A stretch of 64,000 nt of DNA from contig CAVVXH010000015.1 in assembly GCA_963752155.1 (NCBI GenBank), forward strand, positions 96,001-160,000, in the 5' to 3' direction. Made by a program: the position numbers and the translations under genes. Positions 61,498 through 64,000 of the stretch are shown one piece after another. The notes below the pieces were generated by a model, which worked only from the letters and a program-made list of their open reading frames with translations, had not been told where the DNA came from and searched no databases. Source of the stretch: an uncultured Parachlamydiaceae bacterium (GTDB lineage Bacteria > Chlamydiota > Chlamydiia > Chlamydiales > Parachlamydiaceae). Numbering within the stretch: the first letter of the stretch is position 1; each line of letters starts with the position of its first letter.

Positions 61498-62928
61498 TCA
61501 ATAATATGGCCTAAATGAAGAAGATGGATGGGGTTTATCTTTAAGCAAACCAACAGCCGAGTATTTATCTTCATACATTCTCCAAGAAAATAATGAAGCA
61601 TATATACCTTCTGGAATAGATTCTCTAAGCTTTTCTACAGACGAAGGTTGGGTCCAGAAATTTGCTTTACAATGCTTTATTTCTGCGATGTATTGAGAAT
61701 GCGTTTGGCCTTCAGGGATCCGAGAACAATAGATTAAATTTGGAAAACAAGTGGGGGCATTTTTGGAAGAAACATCAGAACCATTAATGATAATATTCTC
61801 AATGTTAGGAAAATGCTTTGCAAATTTATTAAGATCACCCTCAAAACCGGGAAAAACCAAAGTCTTAATGTTCTTTCGCATACTTTCATCTAACACAACA
61901 CAAACAAACAATTTTTCTAAATCATCTCTATTCTTAACATATAATCCAGTGACATAAGTTTTCAATAATGTACAAAGAGTTCCTTCTTTTGTGAGCAATT
62001 CAGCGGAATCAACATCTAAGGCGATTTCATTATTTCCAGAAAACAAAAAGGAAATCTTATTGTTTTTTAAATAAGAAATGAGCGCTCTCGATTCTATGTT
62101 TGGAATAACTCCTTTTTTTCCTTCATTGATGAAAGTTCTCAACTGATCAAGCTTACTTATCTCTGCTATTGACCTAGAAAGAGCGTTATGAGTATCCTCA
62201 AGAAGTTGAGAATGAGATATCAATTTTGCAAAATGATAAAGAGAAAATAGGGTATCATTATCGATTTGAGCGCCATACATAATAGTTCTGATAGGACTAT
62301 AGATCCCTTTTTGAAAAATCTTCAAAACTTCTACAGATTTAACATCATCCAATACAATTTCATATTTTACCTCTGAATTTTGTACTATTGCAATCGGATT
62401 GATCCTCTCTGCTAAGTAAGGATAACCAAGCTCTAAAACAGTCTTATTACTCAAAACTGATCCTTGCTTTTCGGCGCAATAAATCTGAACATTCTTCTTA
62501 AGTGAAGCATTTTGGTAAACAAGGCTATTCATAAAACAATCATGAACGTTTTCAAGCAATGTCTTATCAATTTGAGTTTTGAGTTTAAGTCCAAGTTTTA
62601 TGCAACGAAAAGCTATGTCAGGTTGCTTATTTAAAAAAGGGTGCGGTATCTTATAAGTGAAAAAAGTCAATATATCAACCAAGAGATCAAATTTGCCTTT
62701 CTTACACATCATCTCTATTTCTTTCATTTTGCTATGCCCAAATAAAGAAACTTTTGATGATGGTTCAGAATCGTCAGAATCATCTGATTCATTTTCAGAT
62801 TTACTGGATTCGCCAAATACGCGAGGTGTATTTAACGAAACCTTTGATGACTCATCTGATTCATTTAGAAGATTAGATAAACCTAACGAAACTTTTGGTG
62901 TTGTTTCAAACATAATAACCTCGTTCAA
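61498..62928 (-). CDS. BTB-like + degenerate LRR protein (effector candidate)
   Basis: Ser/acidic N-terminus with KVSL x3; NKTVLELGYPYL...IVLDDV...IYS...LFSLYHFAKLI; FPNIENIII/FPNL. Confidence 0.55.
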   Translation of the reverse strand: MNEVIMFETTPKVSLGLSNLLNESDESSKVSLNTPRVFGESSKSENESDDSDDSEPSSKVSLFGHSKMKEIEMMCKKGKFDLLVDILTFFTYKIPHPFLNKQPDIAFRCIKLGLKLKTQIDKTLLENVHDCFMNSLVYQNASLKKNVQIYCAEKQGSVLSNKTVLELGYPYLAERINPIAIVQNSEVKYEIVLDDVKSVEVLKIFQKGIYSPIRTIMYGAQIDNDTLFSLYHFAKLISHSQLLEDTHNALSRSIAEISKLDQLRTFINEGKKGVIPNIESRALISYLKNNKISFLFSGNNEIALDVDSAELLTKEGTLCTLLKTYVTGLYVKNRDDLEKLFVCVVLDESMRKNIKTLVFPGFEGDLNKFAKHFPNIENIIINGSDVSSKNAPTCFPNLIYCSRIPEGQTHSQYIAEIKHCKANFWTQPSSVEKLRESIPEGIYASLFSWRMYEDKYSAVGLLKDKPHPSSSFRPYY

Positions 62929-62995
62929 TTGTTTAATGTTTCAGATTCTAAATCCAGCTGCAGAAAAAATCAAGAAAAATTATGAAGAAAAATTG

Positions 62996-64000
62996 TTACC
63001 AAGGCTTAACCACTCCAGTATGGATCTGAGTGGGTTTTGAAGGTGACCGATCTTCCGATTCCATTTTTAACAAAGAGGTCAAACTCTCCAACTGAGATGT
63101 AGAACCCGCATCTTTTGATTCATCTTTATAACAAGAAGAATGCTGTGTGGTGGGATTTTTTATTTCAGTTAAAGCTTTTTCCCATTCTTGTACTGCCTTA
63201 GTTTGAATGGATAGAATTTGAGAAAGTTTTTCAGATGAACGAAGAAGCCTATTTGCCTCAGCAGCAGCCACTCTGCCTTCATCAAAAAGCGGAAATGCGG
63301 TTGCCCAAGGAATAGCTTGGCAATGCCCTTTTTGATAATTCACCTTTTGTTCGGCATAGACGTCAAGAGAAAATAGATTTGCAAGCTGCATAACCTCCGC
63401 TTGACTTGCTATGACGATTTCTAACCATTTAGATAAAAATCTGGGTGAATTCTTTATTTCCAGATAGCTTTTCAATTGATTCTCAGCGTGTCTCTGTTGT
63501 TGGATCAGAGTAGTTAAAGCATGAAGGGTATTTACAGGACGCAGGGTTCTCGCTAAAGCCAATTCAATCCACTGTAAACCATCCTGAGCCAACAGATTCG
63601 CAAGTGGAATTTGATCATCTTGACGCATTTTTACAGAGTCTTGAAAGCCCTGCTGACTTTTTTCAAGTTCTGTTTGAAAACCTGAATATCCCTCAACTTC
63701 TTTAAATGATTCATAAAGCTGATTGATTTTATCAACGCTCTCTTCACTCCATTTTCTATGCTCTAACAAACGTTGATAGGTATTGATGAGTTGCTCTAAA
63801 CGAACCTTAACAACGTTGCCTCCTGCGAGTTCAACCAAAAAAGAATCGAGAACAGTTTCAGCAGAATTTGCTGCCTGAAGGGCAAGCTCAATATCTTCAT
63901 TTTGTGTGGCCTTCATCATCTGTAGATATGACTTGTTGGCCTCCTGAAATAATTGAAGAATCGAGCCATCTTTAATCTTTTTTTCTTGTTCTTTCCACTC
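62996..64000 (-). CDS. helical protein with a Bat-operon-like C-terminus (5'-truncated by the window)
   Basis: Frame open to the window end; ends LLKMESEDR...VVKPW, resembling BatB/BatC-type tails. Confidence 0.5.
   Translation of the reverse strand, partial: EWKEQEKKIKDGSILQLFQEANKSYLQMMKATQNEDIELALQAANSAETVLDSFLVELAGGNVVKVRLEQLINTYQRLLEHRKWSEESVDKINQLYESFKEVEGYSGFQTELEKSQQGFQDSVKMRQDDQIPLANLLAQDGLQWIELALARTLRPVNTLHALTTLIQQQRHAENQLKSYLEIKNSPRFLSKWLEIVIASQAEVMQLANLFSLDVYAEQKVNYQKGHCQAIPWATAFPLFDEGRVAAAEANRLLRSSEKLSQILSIQTKAVQEWEKALTEIKNPTTQHSSCYKDESKDAGSTSQLESLTSLLKMESEDRSPSKPTQIHTGVVKPW

Overview
AT-rich chromosomal window from a member of the Chlamydiota, most likely an environmental (Parachlamydiales-like) lineage. 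This is inferred from chlamydia-type gene order (kdsB-pyrG-ruvX-zwf-pgl; tRNA-Gln-rplY-pth-rpsF-rpsR-rplI-ispE; glgA-pgsA; tadA/rpsO-pnp), a stand-alone groEL paralogue, and several eukaryote-like F-box/BTB/LRR effector candidates. It also carries an arginine succinyltransferase operon without astE, three ATPase + PD-(D/E)XK-type nuclease genes and two tRNAs. The most striking content is non-coding. Most large intergenic gaps are built from about nine families of palindromic or fold-back modules (labelled A-I here) that nest inside one another. Four have clean target-site duplications (3, 8, 9 and 10 bp), yet no transposase is present in the window. Two of the ATPase-nuclease genes have their own phased palindrome arrays directly upstream. 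A multi-stem RNA candidate lies between tRNA-Gln and rplY. Several single-base frameshifts, including one in pnp, are more likely assembly errors than biology.
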